A DNA stretch of 64,000 bases from Gallionella sp. (GTDB taxonomy: Bacteria; Pseudomonadota; Gammaproteobacteria; Burkholderiales; Gallionellaceae). The position numbers were made by a program, and so were the translations under genes. Location: the NCBI GenBank assembly GCA_028688275.1, contig JAQTYN010000003.1:1358-65357 (forward strand). Direction: 5' to 3'. Positions 8,591-19,520 of the stretch are shown in pieces. The stretch's first letter is position 1, and each line of letters starts with the position of its first letter. The notes beneath the pieces were generated by a model. It made no database searches, was not told where the DNA came from, and was given only the letters and a program-made list of their open reading frames with translations.

Positions 8591-9970
8591 TTAGTATTCT
8601 ACGTGTAAGCGAACCGCATATACCTTTATGGGTCCGCGATCTGCGTTATAGGCAGGATTTTGGATATGCTGATAATCGGTCGTCAACCAAGCCCCACGGA
8701 ATAAGTTAAAGCTGTAATAACCCTCGACGATGGTTTCGGGTTGATAGCGCAAGCCTTTATCACCAATAAAGAAGGAAATTCCACCTGCCTCAAGAAATTG
8801 CCGGCGTTCAGTGGAAAGTGTGTTGCGCATCAAGGCGATGCCTGCGCCATCTTCGCTACGCCCCCAAACGTTGCCTTTGAGGGTAAGACCCGTCGCCAAC
8901 GAGCCGTCGACTTCGGTAAATGCCAAGGTTTCTGTTCGTCCATCTGCTTGCATGACGCGCAAGAAATAGCCGATACCATCAGTCATTTCTTGTTCCACAT
9001 TGATGCCTAGACCGTACTTAATTTTTTCTGTGCCTCGAACGGCCAATAGTGCGTCTGGACCTGTGTACTGCCCAGGATGTCCTTTTAACCATGTGAGCGC
9101 ATCGTTAAAGCTTGCCATTTTGGCGCGATTTCGCCAGCCCAGCATCCTGATTTTTCCAGGATGACCTTGCCATTGATGTGCGTGTTCAAGTTCAATTTGG
9201 TCGCCATAGTGATTACCTAATGCATAATCGGTGGGCAGCCCATTAGGGTCTTTCGGACCTGACATGCGTCCGAAACGTAATACCCAATCCTGTTGATACC
9301 ATTCTGCGGCAAAGCCAAACCCAAAGCCACGTGCATCTGCGGCATAGTCGTAAGAGGCGTAGGTCCATCCTCCCCAGTTCATAAATTGTGTATGAGGATC
9401 TTTCGCGTATAGATTGGGATCGAACACATCGAGGGTAGAGAAATTGCCTACCGTTAAAACGAAGCGATTTTTATCGACCATGCCTGCCAGTTGATTTTGG
9501 TTGGAATCTAGTTGCTGGGAGTCACCCCCTTGATTCCAAGTTTGTCTCAAAAATAGGCGTTGGCGATACAGTACAGGATTGGTGCCTGCTGCGCGCGTAA
9601 TTTCACCATTGGTAAAACTACCCAGTCCCACTAAGTTGGTCGAGAATGGCACGCCCTGAGAAATTTCTGGATTAAAATATATTTCCCCATTATCCCAAGG
9701 TCGAAATCCAAAAAATCCCGTCGTTGTGAAGGTGTACATCTTCTCCGCACCCGAAATAATGCTGTTGGGACCAGAATAGGCTGCTGAATAAGCGGGATGC
9801 TTTTGCCAGTTATAGGTAAGTTGTAGTCTAGCAGTATTTTCCTCTATGAGAGGTGCAGTGTGCGCCTGACAACTAAACGAAAAAGATAAGCCCAGCAACA
9901 GCATGGACAGGTGCGAGACGGAGAAGCCTCCTCCACGAGAGGCGGCAGATTGCAGTTTCATGATTGACAT
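8591..9970 (-). CDS. Carbohydrate-selective porin family protein (OprB / MnoP-like)
   Basis: Signal peptide, EIYFNPEISQG, DPHTQFMNW..YDYAADARG and C-terminal YAVRLHVEY beta-signal. Confidence 0.75.
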   Translation of the reverse strand: MSIMKLQSAASRGGGFSVSHLSMLLLGLSFSFSCQAHTAPLIEENTARLQLTYNWQKHPAYSAAYSGPNSIISGAEKMYTFTTTGFFGFRPWDNGEIYFNPEISQGVPFSTNLVGLGSFTNGEITRAAGTNPVLYRQRLFLRQTWNQGGDSQQLDSNQNQLAGMVDKNRFVLTVGNFSTLDVFDPNLYAKDPHTQFMNWGGWTYASYDYAADARGFGFGFAAEWYQQDWVLRFGRMSGPKDPNGLPTDYALGNHYGDQIELEHAHQWQGHPGKIRMLGWRNRAKMASFNDALTWLKGHPGQYTGPDALLAVRGTEKIKYGLGINVEQEMTDGIGYFLRVMQADGRTETLAFTEVDGSLATGLTLKGNVWGRSEDGAGIALMRNTLSTERRQFLEAGGISFFIGDKGLRYQPETIVEGYYSFNLFRGAWLTTDYQHIQNPAYNADRGPIKVYAVRLHVEY

Positions 9971-10178
9971 CCTTTAGTTATTGTTCTTAATTTTTTATTT
10001 CTTGGCCAAAGAAATATACAATACAGGCCGCTAGGTTTATTGTTATAGATTATAATAACAAGTTAAAACAACAACCTAGATTATTGCATCTCAGGAATAG
10101 TGGTCAATCAACCTTTCCAGATCAACATCGTTCAAACGCGGTTTCAAAGGGCGTGAAGATGCATAAAACAGATTGCAA

Positions 10179-13100
10179 TTACTGCTGTTCGTACCCTCTC
10201 CGCGCTTCATCCGCAAATTTAGGGAATAACATAGGTAATAGCAATAAGGTAAAGATCGTACCTGACACAATCCCGCCCACAATCACCACTGCAAACGGAC
10301 GTTGTGTTTCAGAGCCTGCACCATGGGACAGCGCGGCGGGCAACAACCCTAAACCAGCCATCAAGGCAGTCATCAGGATGGCGCGCAAACGAGTCACAGC
10401 ACCATCCAGCACGGCTTCGATCACTGATTTGCCTTTCATGATTTCAAGCATAAATTCTTCGACCATGATGACCCCGTTTTGCACAGAAATCCCGGCCACT
10501 GCGATAAAACCGACCGCAGCGGAGACGGACATATGCAATCCTGCCAAGCCTAAGCCCGCGAATCCACCGATAAAGGTAAAAGGCACCATCAGCAGCACCA
10601 GCACCGCTTTACTCGTGGAACGGAATGCCCAGAACAACAGCACGAAAATCAGCATCACTGATATAGGGACAATGATTTTTAAGCGAGCGACCGCACGTTG
10701 TTGATTCTCGAACTGACCGCCCCATGTTATTTCATACCCTGGTGGCAGTTTCACTTGTTCATTCACTTTCGCCATGGCTTCTTCGACGAATCCACCTTGG
10801 TCTCGATTGACTAAGTTAGCCTTGACTGCAACTAATCGTCCACCATTTTCCCGACTAATCCGCCCCGCGCCCTGCTTGACCTGAATATCTGCAATAGAGC
10901 CTAAAGGAATCGTCGGTGTCGTATCGACAGGCGCATTGTCCGCATTTGGATGATTTTGATCTGATGGCGGTAGGGGGGGTAAATTAATTGGCAAATCTGC
11001 TACATCATCTACCGCATCACGGAAACCACTACTTAATCGTAAGGTCACATCAAATCGTCTATCCCCTTCATAAAACACATTGACGCCATCGCCCGCCAGC
11101 GCGGTTTGTATGGTGCTGTTGACATCGGCCACATTGAGACCATAGCGCGCCATCTGTTCACGATTCAAAATGATATTTAACTCGGTTTGACCGCCAATTT
11201 TAATTGCCGCGACATCAGTTGCGCCTTTAATACTACGCAATACATCTGCAATTTGTTCGCTTTTATCTTCCAAAATTTCCAAATCTGGCCCATAAATTTT
11301 GACTGCAATTTCCCCTTTTACGCCCGACAAAGCTTCCTCCAAATTATCTTGAATAACTTGTGAGAAATTGGTTGGCACCCCTGGCATTTTGTGTATCTCT
11401 GCCTCCATGGCTGCAATAAGACTTTCCTTATCATGGAACTGTGGTCGCCAAGTGCTTTTATCATTTAAGTCGGCCATGACTTCTAAATTGTTGAAACCCT
11501 TGGGATCGGTTCCATCGTCAGGTCGTCCCACTTGGGTAATGACATTATTAATTTCGGGATAGGAAGTTAATATCGTGCGAACGCGTTGTTCCACTTCTTT
11601 GGTTTTTTCAAGTGCGGTAGCGGGTGGTAAAGTAATGGTGAGCCAGATATTGCCCTCATCCAACTTTGGCAAAAACTCACTGCCCAAGCGAGGTGAGAGA
11701 AGCAAGGTGATTACTAGCAATCCAACGGAGAAGCTTACGACCCAACGACGTTTATCTTGCGACCACATTAACAGGCGCAGGTAGCTGACTTGTAACGAGT
11801 GCATCCAATCGCTATGTTTTTCGGCGAGGTCACCGTTCTTGATGGCATAGCTCATGAGCACGGGTATTAAGGTCAGCGTCAACAGCACTGCACCTAATAG
11901 TGCAAAAGTTAACGTAAATGCCATAGGGGAAAAAATTTTCCCTTCCACGCGCTGAAACGTGAAAATGGGCATGAACGCTAAAATAATGATGCCTTTGGAA
12001 AAGAGAATCGGTGTACCCAATTCAATGGCTGTCTTTTTCAACGCGTGAATACGCCAAGGATAGTGCCCCTGCTGTGGGAATCTTTCTGGATTGGCGGTTG
12101 CTAATCTCACCATCAGTGCTTCAACCAACACCACTGCACTGTCGATAATAATCCCAAAATCCACCCCCCCTAGTGATATCAAGTTAGCAGATACCCCTCG
12201 CAAATCCATCAAAATAAAGGCGAATAAAAGCGACAAGGGGATAACCGTGGCGACTGCCAATGCGGCTTGCCAACTACGTAGGAATACGATCAGAATGGCC
12301 ACCACGAGTAGGGCACCCACTAACAGATTTTCGACTACCGTATGTACCGTGTGGTCAACCAGTAACGTTCGATCATAATAAGGAACGAGCCGAACCCCTT
12401 CAGGGAGTTTATGATCGAGATCTTCAATTTCTTTTTTGAGCTTACCAACTACTGTCGTGGCATTTTGTCCTTTAGTCATCTGAACAATGCCTTGCACGAC
12501 ATTGCCGCGCTCGTTAAATGCAACCATGCCCGATAAAGGGCGTGGACCAATGGCTACTTCAGCCACATCGCTGACTAAAATTCCCCGTCCTTGGCGTGTT
12601 TCAATCACTACGCGACCAATGTCGTCCAAGCTTTGAAAGAGTCCAATGCCACGAATGACCAATGCCTCATCCCCGCGCCGCATCACACCGCCGCCACTAT
12701 TGGCACTGTTTGAGGTTAACACCTTGGCGACCTGATCTATCGTCACGTTATACTTGCGCAATAAATAGGGTTTAATGCGAACTTGATACTCTTTAACTTC
12801 CCCACCGAAACCGATGACATCTGCAATTCCTGGCACCGTACGCAATGCAGGACGTATGACCCAGTCTTGTAGTGCGCGCACTTCTCTTGCGGGCATGGTG
12901 GCGGGTGCTTCGATTACATATCGAAAAACCTCACCAACCGCATTCGTGAGTGGCGCAATGCTGGCATTGATGCCAGGCGGGAGGTTTACATTTTGTAATT
13001 TTTCTAAGGTTTGTTGGCGGGCAAAGTAGTCATCGGTACCATCTAAAAATGTCAGGGTAACTATAGACAAGCCCATGATAGAAACGGAACGTAGTTGTGT

Positions 13101-13337
13101 CATTCTTGCGACACCGCTCATTTCTCGTTCAATCGGTAATGTAATGGCTCGCTCAACTTCCTCAGGGGCAAGTCCAAGGGCTTGTGTGACCACTTGCACT
13201 TGGACATCCTGCACGTCAGGTGAGGCTTCGATAGGCAGATTGCTCCATGCGACTGAACCTGCTAACACAAGAGCCGCCGTTGCGATCAAGACAAAAACGC
13301 GCTGTTGCAGCGCAAAAGTAATAAGTTTTTCTAGCAT
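10179..13337 (-). CDS. CusA/CzcA-family heavy-metal efflux RND transporter
   Basis: LPIEASPDV, DFGIIIDSAVVLVE proton-relay motif, RLRAILMT and SETQRPFA. Confidence 0.95.
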   Translation of the reverse strand: MLEKLITFALQQRVFVLIATAALVLAGSVAWSNLPIEASPDVQDVQVQVVTQALGLAPEEVERAITLPIEREMSGVARMTQLRSVSIMGLSIVTLTFLDGTDDYFARQQTLEKLQNVNLPPGINASIAPLTNAVGEVFRYVIEAPATMPAREVRALQDWVIRPALRTVPGIADVIGFGGEVKEYQVRIKPYLLRKYNVTIDQVAKVLTSNSANSGGGVMRRGDEALVIRGIGLFQSLDDIGRVVIETRQGRGILVSDVAEVAIGPRPLSGMVAFNERGNVVQGIVQMTKGQNATTVVGKLKKEIEDLDHKLPEGVRLVPYYDRTLLVDHTVHTVVENLLVGALLVVAILIVFLRSWQAALAVATVIPLSLLFAFILMDLRGVSANLISLGGVDFGIIIDSAVVLVEALMVRLATANPERFPQQGHYPWRIHALKKTAIELGTPILFSKGIIILAFMPIFTFQRVEGKIFSPMAFTLTFALLGAVLLTLTLIPVLMSYAIKNGDLAEKHSDWMHSLQVSYLRLLMWSQDKRRWVVSFSVGLLVITLLLSPRLGSEFLPKLDEGNIWLTITLPPATALEKTKEVEQRVRTILTSYPEINNVITQVGRPDDGTDPKGFNNLEVMADLNDKSTWRPQFHDKESLIAAMEAEIHKMPGVPTNFSQVIQDNLEEALSGVKGEIAVKIYGPDLEILEDKSEQIADVLRSIKGATDVAAIKIGGQTELNIILNREQMARYGLNVADVNSTIQTALAGDGVNVFYEGDRRFDVTLRLSSGFRDAVDDVADLPINLPPLPPSDQNHPNADNAPVDTTPTIPLGSIADIQVKQGAGRISRENGGRLVAVKANLVNRDQGGFVEEAMAKVNEQVKLPPGYEITWGGQFENQQRAVARLKIIVPISVMLIFVLLFWAFRSTSKAVLVLLMVPFTFIGGFAGLGLAGLHMSVSAAVGFIAVAGISVQNGVIMVEEFMLEIMKGKSVIEAVLDGAVTRLRAILMTALMAGLGLLPAALSHGAGSETQRPFAVVIVGGIVSGTIFTLLLLPMLFPKFADEARRGYEQQ

Positions 13338-13338
13338 A

Positions 13339-14496
13339 TCAAATAACGCCAGATAATTCAGAGTTCAACAACAACGCGCCTGTTGTAACGACTCGCTCAT
13401 TGATACGTAGTCCTGTTTTGACGAAGCTGTATTCTCGTCCTTGTATACTGAGCGACACTCGTCGGCGTTGAAATACCCCAGGAGATAACTCCACGAATAG
13501 GTAGCTGGAAACCCCTTGGGTAAAGATGGCGGAGTTCGGTACTCTAGGTAATTCAGAGGCGCGCTCAGAAATAGGCGTTACACGCGCAAACATTTCAGCC
13601 TTCAATTTATTTGGCTTGTCGTTGACTAATTCACAGCGCACCTGGATACGTCGTGTTTGTGGATCAAGCACATCCGCAATCACCGTCACTTTGCTATCAA
13701 AGAACTCGTTAGGATAAGCATCTACTTCGACCCGCATGGTTTGTCCAACTTTTACTTTATCGAGATATTGTTCGGGCAAGTCTACGATGACCCACAAGTT
13801 TTTGGGGTCGGTAATGACGAAAAGGGGATGCGTGGCATCTGGACGAACTTCTGTACCCGCATTTACTTGACGTTCACTCACTACTCCAGAAATAGGGGAG
13901 CGTAAAATAAAATGCCGATCAACCCCATTGAGTCCTAAATTTTGCAATCGTGCTCTTGTTCGTTCCGCCTCTGCTTGGGCTTGTTGGAGATCCGCATTAG
14001 CGGTATCAAGTTCACGTTGCGCAATACCTTTGCTTTTAATGAGCAACAAGTCACGTTCATAAACCTGTTCTCGATTCGCTAAATCTGCTTCTGCCTTAGC
14101 AAGCTCAGCTTCAGCTGTAGCAAACTCAGGGGAATCAATTTCAACCAAAGGTGCACCCGCTTTCACGAACTGTCCTAGTTCGGCAATAATGTTAGTGACA
14201 CGCCCTGCCAAAGGTGTATAAATATCCGCCGTGTGATTGTCATCGTAATCAAGACGCGCATTTAACGAGTCAATCGCTGGCTCAGGAAAGGCTTCGGCGA
14301 CTTGCACCTTCAAAAAGGCTAACTGGGGCGCGGTATAGGGATAAGTAATGGTGTCTGACTTCGCTGCCTTAACTGGTTCCACCGTGGCAGGGGGAGGCGC
14401 AGTGAGGGTAACATAGGCTTTCCAGCCCAAAAAACCGCCCACGACCAATAAAGGTACAGCGATTAACCAAGTCTTCTTTGTTGTTATTGTAATCAT
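13339..14496 (-). CDS. RND periplasmic adaptor (CzcB-like)
   Basis: N-terminal anchor, SPISGVV lipoyl halves and LDPQTRRIQVR. Confidence 0.92.
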   Translation of the reverse strand: MITITTKKTWLIAVPLLVVGGFLGWKAYVTLTAPPPATVEPVKAAKSDTITYPYTAPQLAFLKVQVAEAFPEPAIDSLNARLDYDDNHTADIYTPLAGRVTNIIAELGQFVKAGAPLVEIDSPEFATAEAELAKAEADLANREQVYERDLLLIKSKGIAQRELDTANADLQQAQAEAERTRARLQNLGLNGVDRHFILRSPISGVVSERQVNAGTEVRPDATHPLFVITDPKNLWVIVDLPEQYLDKVKVGQTMRVEVDAYPNEFFDSKVTVIADVLDPQTRRIQVRCELVNDKPNKLKAEMFARVTPISERASELPRVPNSAIFTQGVSSYLFVELSPGVFQRRRVSLSIQGREYSFVKTGLRINERVVTTGALLLNSELSGVI

Positions 14497-16109
14497 TGAA
14501 TTGACTCTCCAGAAACAGGTACAGGTACGACATTTGAAACAACAGGAGACAAAGCTGATACAGACACACCGTCTCCATCAGTACGATTCCACCATCCCCC
14601 ACCTAATGCTTGATACAAGGCTGCTGTGTCACCTAATCGATTGGTTTTTGCTTGAATCAAATTGATTTCAGATAATTGATATGCTTGCTCAGCTGCAAGC
14701 TGAGTTTGATAGTTTACCTGACCAAGCTGATATTGCTGACGTGTTAATTCGAGTGCATGTTGCGCGGCTTGCGTTGACTTACTCGCAGCGTGCAGTGCGT
14801 CAGCATCCGACTGTATGGTGTATAGCGCATTGGCAACATCTTGCAAAGCAACCATGACAGTGCTGCGATATTGGGCATCGGCCAGAATGACAGCTTGTTG
14901 CGCTGCGCGTGATTTTGCTTTTAAAGTGCCTCCATCAAAAATTGTGGCGGCGACATTGCCCGCTATATTGAAAAACCCACCCCCATGTTTGAACATCCAG
15001 TCTGGCGAGGTCGCCATTCCGCCTATGCCAGCCACTAATGCGAATTGAGGAAAGCGATTGGCCTCTGCGACACCAGCTTGTGCACTGGCAACATGAAGTT
15101 GAGCCTCTGCTGCCCGCACATCGGGACGCTGTTTAACCAGCTTAGAGGGCAAGGTTAAGGGGAGTTCTTGAGGTAGCTGTAGATCTGCTAATTCAAATTT
15201 TTCGGTTAACTCAGCATTGGGAGCCTCTCCTGCTAAAGTGCGCAGTAGGTTGCGGGTCAGTTCCAGTTGTCTTTTTAGTGGGATTAATGACTGCTCGGCA
15301 ATCGCCAAGGCGGATTCTTGTGCGGCAACTTCCATTCCCGATGTATAGCCTAATTTTAATTGGGTATTCTGGATGCTCAGATACTCTTGATTCACTTGAA
15401 CCACTTTTTCTGCGGCGGCTATTTGTGCGCGCAATGAAGCTTCTTGTAGGGCTGCAGCAACGACATTATTGCTCAGACTAAGATAAGCCGCTTCTAGTTG
15501 CAGTTTTTGCACTTCAATCTGCGCCTCAGCAGATTCCATCATGCGCCGATTTAAACCAAATACATCTGGCACATAACCCACCGTCAATTGCGCGACATGA
15601 AAGCTGTAATAAGCAGGGGCATTAAACACAGGACCGTTGGGGTTGTTATAGACTTGAATGTTTTGACCATTCGCCTGTACGCCAGGGGAGTTTCCCCCCA
15701 TATTCCCTGCCAACTTATTACGCGAAGGGGTATAGCTCACCCCTACCGTAGGGTAAAAGAATCCTTGTTGCGCATTGGCATACTCTTGCGCCTGGTTTAA
15801 CGCGGCTTGAGCTGATTCAATTGAAGGGTTGTTTTTGAGGGCGCGCTGAATCAAAGAATTGAGCTGCGGAGAACGAAACAGCGTCCACCAATCATGGGGT
15901 ATATCGATTGCGGTATTAAAGTGTTGTGACTCACCCAAGTGCCCTGATGTGGTGATGGTTTTTTCGGGGGCAGCGGTGTCGGCATATCGATCACTCTTGG
16001 GTGCTTCGGGTCGCTTAAAGTCTGTTCCAACCGCGCAACCTGTCAGCGCAGTCAACATGATCCAACTGGACAGTGATAATTTGAAGTTTTTTGTTCGTGC
16101 AATAGCCAC
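14493..16109 (-). CDS. Outer-membrane efflux channel, NodT family lipoprotein
   Basis: Lipobox LTGC, WWTLFRSPQL, LVKQRPDVRAAE and LYQALGGGW. Confidence 0.93.
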   Translation of the reverse strand: MAIARTKNFKLSLSSWIMLTALTGCAVGTDFKRPEAPKSDRYADTAAPEKTITTSGHLGESQHFNTAIDIPHDWWTLFRSPQLNSLIQRALKNNPSIESAQAALNQAQEYANAQQGFFYPTVGVSYTPSRNKLAGNMGGNSPGVQANGQNIQVYNNPNGPVFNAPAYYSFHVAQLTVGYVPDVFGLNRRMMESAEAQIEVQKLQLEAAYLSLSNNVVAAALQEASLRAQIAAAEKVVQVNQEYLSIQNTQLKLGYTSGMEVAAQESALAIAEQSLIPLKRQLELTRNLLRTLAGEAPNAELTEKFELADLQLPQELPLTLPSKLVKQRPDVRAAEAQLHVASAQAGVAEANRFPQFALVAGIGGMATSPDWMFKHGGGFFNIAGNVAATIFDGGTLKAKSRAAQQAVILADAQYRSTVMVALQDVANALYTIQSDADALHAASKSTQAAQHALELTRQQYQLGQVNYQTQLAAEQAYQLSEINLIQAKTNRLGDTAALYQALGGGWWNRTDGDGVSVSALSPVVSNVVPVPVSGESIQ

Positions 16110-16392
16110 TGAGATGGGATCCTAGATTTCAATAAATAACAAGCCAAACTTCCATAATCGACTATTTAGATTGTCAACCAAAACAGCCATCATGGTTCGT
16201 TTTGGTAAAGTATCTTGATTTTAACCGTATCTCATTGCAATCACAAACCTAATTTAATTTTAAAAATTCAGAATATCTAACCCTCTCGTGATATCCATAG
16301 ATATTCTTCTAGCGAAAAATGTTGTTTCATTGCAAAATGAAATCTTGCGGTCTTGAGTCCAAGATTGATTTACATATTTTACTTTAAAAGCC

Positions 16393-17067
16393 ATGCGAAT
16401 ACTCCTTATTGAAGATGATCCTGTTTTGGTCGATGGGCTGATGCGTATTTTGAGTCAGTCGAAACATGCTATGACGCATGAAAGTAATGGGCTGCGAGCA
16501 GACGAGCTTTTGTCAACACAGGAATACGATCTTGTTATATTGGATATGGGATTGCCTGGCTTGGATGGGGGCGAAATTTTGCGTCGCTTGCGATATCGAA
16601 ATAACCAAACTCCCGTGCTGATTCTAACCGCGCATGACAAGGTGAGTGATCGTGTTGCAGGCTTAGATTTGGGTGCAGACGATTACATGACCAAGCCTTT
16701 TGATTTGCCAGAGCTGGAGGCGCGTATTCGAGCCTTATTGCGTCGAGGACACTCAGCGAGTGGTGTAAATTTACGAATAGGCGATTTGCACCTCGATACG
16801 ATAGGACACCGCGCCACTTTGCTGGGTACAACCTTGGAGTTGTCTGCTCGAGAAATTAGTGTACTGGAAATTTTAATGCTGCGAGCTGGGCGTATTGTTA
16901 GCAAAGAGCAAATAAGCCAACAACTTTCTAGTCTTAATGAGGAAATTAGCAATAATGCCATTGAAGTTTACGTTCATCGTTTACGTAAGAAGCTTGAAAT
17001 AGGCCACATCGATATTCGTACTTTACGCGGGTTAGGGTACTTGCTCGAAAAAACGGAAACAGTATGA
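16393..17067 (+). CDS. OmpR-family response regulator (TctD/QseB-like)
   Basis: LLIEDD, ILDMGLPG, ADDYMTKPF and winged helix IRTLRGLGY. Confidence 0.95.
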   Translation: MRILLIEDDPVLVDGLMRILSQSKHAMTHESNGLRADELLSTQEYDLVILDMGLPGLDGGEILRRLRYRNNQTPVLILTAHDKVSDRVAGLDLGADDYMTKPFDLPELEARIRALLRRGHSASGVNLRIGDLHLDTIGHRATLLGTTLELSAREISVLEILMLRAGRIVSKEQISQQLSSLNEEISNNAIEVYVHRLRKKLEIGHIDIRTLRGLGYLLEKTETV

Positions 17068-18479
17068 CCCCCTCACCGCCAACGCTTCGTCGTCAACTGC
17101 TGTTGTGGCTCACCGTTCCGCTTTCTGCTTTATGGCTGATTAGCAGCACGATTGATTATAACGTTGCGATGGAGGCTGCAAATCATGCTTACGATCAAAG
17201 CCTATTGAGTAAGTTGATTGGTTTGGTTAAACAGGTTGTGGTCGAGAATGGACAACTTGTGGTCAAACTCCCGCCTGAAGCCGTGGCAATCTTGAGGTCT
17301 TCGGATCAAGATAAAATTTATTTTCAAGTGCAGGATGCGCACAATCAATTTATTTTTGGTTATATTGATTTGCCCATGCCGATGAGTGCCATCACCCAAG
17401 GCGTGCCGTTTTATCGTGATGAAACTTATCGGGGAGGGAATGTTCGTATTATTTCGCTCAATACCCAAATTGAGGGGCGAAACGTGCTGATACAGCTTGC
17501 TCGAACAACCAATAAGCGAGAAGAAACCATCGCCGAAATGTTAGTTAGCATGATCATTCCACAAATTGTGCTGGTTTTAATGGCGATGCTCTCAGTATGG
17601 TATGCCGTTGGTCGGAGTTTAACGCCCTTGATGCAAATTCGTGATGAAATTATTCATCGTTCCCATTTAGATTTGAGTCCTGTGTCTCATGCTAATGTAC
17701 CTTTAGAAATTCAGCCTTTGATTCAGGGATTCAATGAATTGATCGCAAGATTGAGTGGATTATTGAATGCACAGCAGCGTTTTGTAGCAGATGCGGCACA
17801 TCAGCTACGCACGCCACTTGCTGGATTGAAGGCACAAACAGAATTGGCTTTGCGTTTAGAGAATCCAGTCGAAATTCATCATTCCTTGCAGCAAATGCAC
17901 ACCGCAGCCAAGCAAGCTAACCATTTAATTCAACAATTATTAGTGCTAGCCAGAGCTGAGCCTGACGCGCAGCAAGAGAGTTTAATGAGATCATTTGATT
18001 TAGCAGAACTTGCTAAGAAAATTACAATGACATGGATACCACGCGCTCTCCACAAAAAAATAGATCTGGGATTTGAAGGCGATGACTCAAGTGCCACAGT
18101 GCATGGTAATGCTACGCTCATTGGTGAATTACTTAACAATCTTATTGATAATGCCTTGCGCTATACGCCTGAAAATGGTGTTGTAACCGTACGTATTGTT
18201 TCTCAGCTAGATGACCTCATATTGGAAGTGGAGGACAATGGCACTGGCATTCCGATTGAAATGCACGATCTTGTCTTTAATCGATTTTTCCGTATATTAG
18301 GCAGCAATCAAGAGGGGTGCGGCTTAGGGCTTGCTATCGTTAGAGAAATTGCGAATGGACACGATACGGATGTACAGCTTTTGTCGGGTGGAAACAATCA
18401 AGGCACCCTGATGAGGGTGCCCTTTAAGCGAATAAAATCCGAATTTAACCCGCTTAATACGCAAACTCTCAAACAATAG
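17064..18479 (+). CDS. Sensor histidine kinase (TctE/QseC-like)
   Basis: Two TM segments, FVADAAHQLRTPL H-box, NLIDNALRY and GCGLGLAIV. Confidence 0.95.
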   Translation: MTPSPPTLRRQLLLWLTVPLSALWLISSTIDYNVAMEAANHAYDQSLLSKLIGLVKQVVVENGQLVVKLPPEAVAILRSSDQDKIYFQVQDAHNQFIFGYIDLPMPMSAITQGVPFYRDETYRGGNVRIISLNTQIEGRNVLIQLARTTNKREETIAEMLVSMIIPQIVLVLMAMLSVWYAVGRSLTPLMQIRDEIIHRSHLDLSPVSHANVPLEIQPLIQGFNELIARLSGLLNAQQRFVADAAHQLRTPLAGLKAQTELALRLENPVEIHHSLQQMHTAAKQANHLIQQLLVLARAEPDAQQESLMRSFDLAELAKKITMTWIPRALHKKIDLGFEGDDSSATVHGNATLIGELLNNLIDNALRYTPENGVVTVRIVSQLDDLILEVEDNGTGIPIEMHDLVFNRFFRILGSNQEGCGLGLAIVREIANGHDTDVQLLSGGNNQGTLMRVPFKRIKSEFNPLNTQTLKQ

Positions 18480-18715
18480 CTGTCGTAAATTCGTTTAATC
18501 ATGTCAGCTTCCTTTTACAGTGGGCTATTTAAGAACTCGCTGTATTCGCTTATTAGTTTGTTTTTGCCTTTGCTTTAACGCCATGATTAAGCTATGATTT
18601 TCACATCGTGTATCAGTGTTAATTACATGGATTTATATCGGGGCAGCGGACGTGCCGCTGCGTGGTAACGCTTGACAACTTTGTTGCTATTAAGCGTAAT
18701 TGAAATAGAGGTGAC

Positions 18716-19366
18716 GTGATGAAAAAAATGAAGAAACTTTTACCTTGGGCATTGGCATTGGGTATGGCAAACGTGGTATTTGCAGCTGATTTTCATCCCC
18801 CGATGCGGGGTGCGCCAGATTTGCGCGTAGGCGGTGGCAGTCGGGCTGTGACCATGCAAATTGCAAAAATCAATTTGTACGCGCCAAAATCTGCTGGGCT
18901 TACCATGACGGAAAGTCCTGTTTTGTATTGGCACCTTTCTAAAGCACTTTTTGTACCTGTTGAAATTCAGTTGATTACAACTGGGAGCGATAAATCCGTA
19001 TTGACGGTTTCGATGTCAACTGTGGCAGCGGGTGTGCATAAATTTAATTTGGCAGAATATGGCGTTAAGCTACAAACGGGGGTGGATTACCGCTGGCAAA
19101 CGACGATAATTTGGGATGCGACGCAGCGTGCTAAAGATACCGTGAATAGTGCAGCCATCCAATACGCGCTCCCTGCCTCGAATGCAGTTTTGAGCGGGGC
19201 TCGTCCGCGTGAGTTGGTTGAACAAGGTTTTGCTTATGATGGTATCGCATCCATTTCGGCACAAATCGAAGCAAACCCCAGCAATACAGCCTTACGCGAG
19301 GAAAGAGCCGCTTTATTAGAGCAAATCGGACAAACAGATGCGGCGAAAGCGGATCGTACCAAGTAA
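18716..19366 (+). CDS. DUF928 domain-containing exported protein
   Basis: Signal peptide, PPMRGAP..RVGGGSR, P....GLT..ESPVLYW and C-terminal GFAYDG. Confidence 0.8.
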   Translation: MMKKMKKLLPWALALGMANVVFAADFHPPMRGAPDLRVGGGSRAVTMQIAKINLYAPKSAGLTMTESPVLYWHLSKALFVPVEIQLITTGSDKSVLTVSMSTVAAGVHKFNLAEYGVKLQTGVDYRWQTTIIWDATQRAKDTVNSAAIQYALPASNAVLSGARPRELVEQGFAYDGIASISAQIEANPSNTALREERAALLEQIGQTDAAKADRTK

Positions 19367-19482
19367 GCGTGCTTTAATCCGCTAAGTGGGGAAGAGAGGA
19401 GAGGTAAGGGAAAGACCAAATATCTCTTCCTTGTTAGAATAGAATTTTTTGCCCTTTACCCTGCGCTTTCCCTCTTGTCCGT

Positions 19483-19520
19483 AAAAAAAGCCATCCCATT
19501 GATTGGGGATGGCTTTTTTA
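19483..19520. terminator. Bidirectional intrinsic terminator
   Basis: AAAAAAAGCCATCCC..GGGATGGCTTTTTT between convergent genes. Confidence 0.85.
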
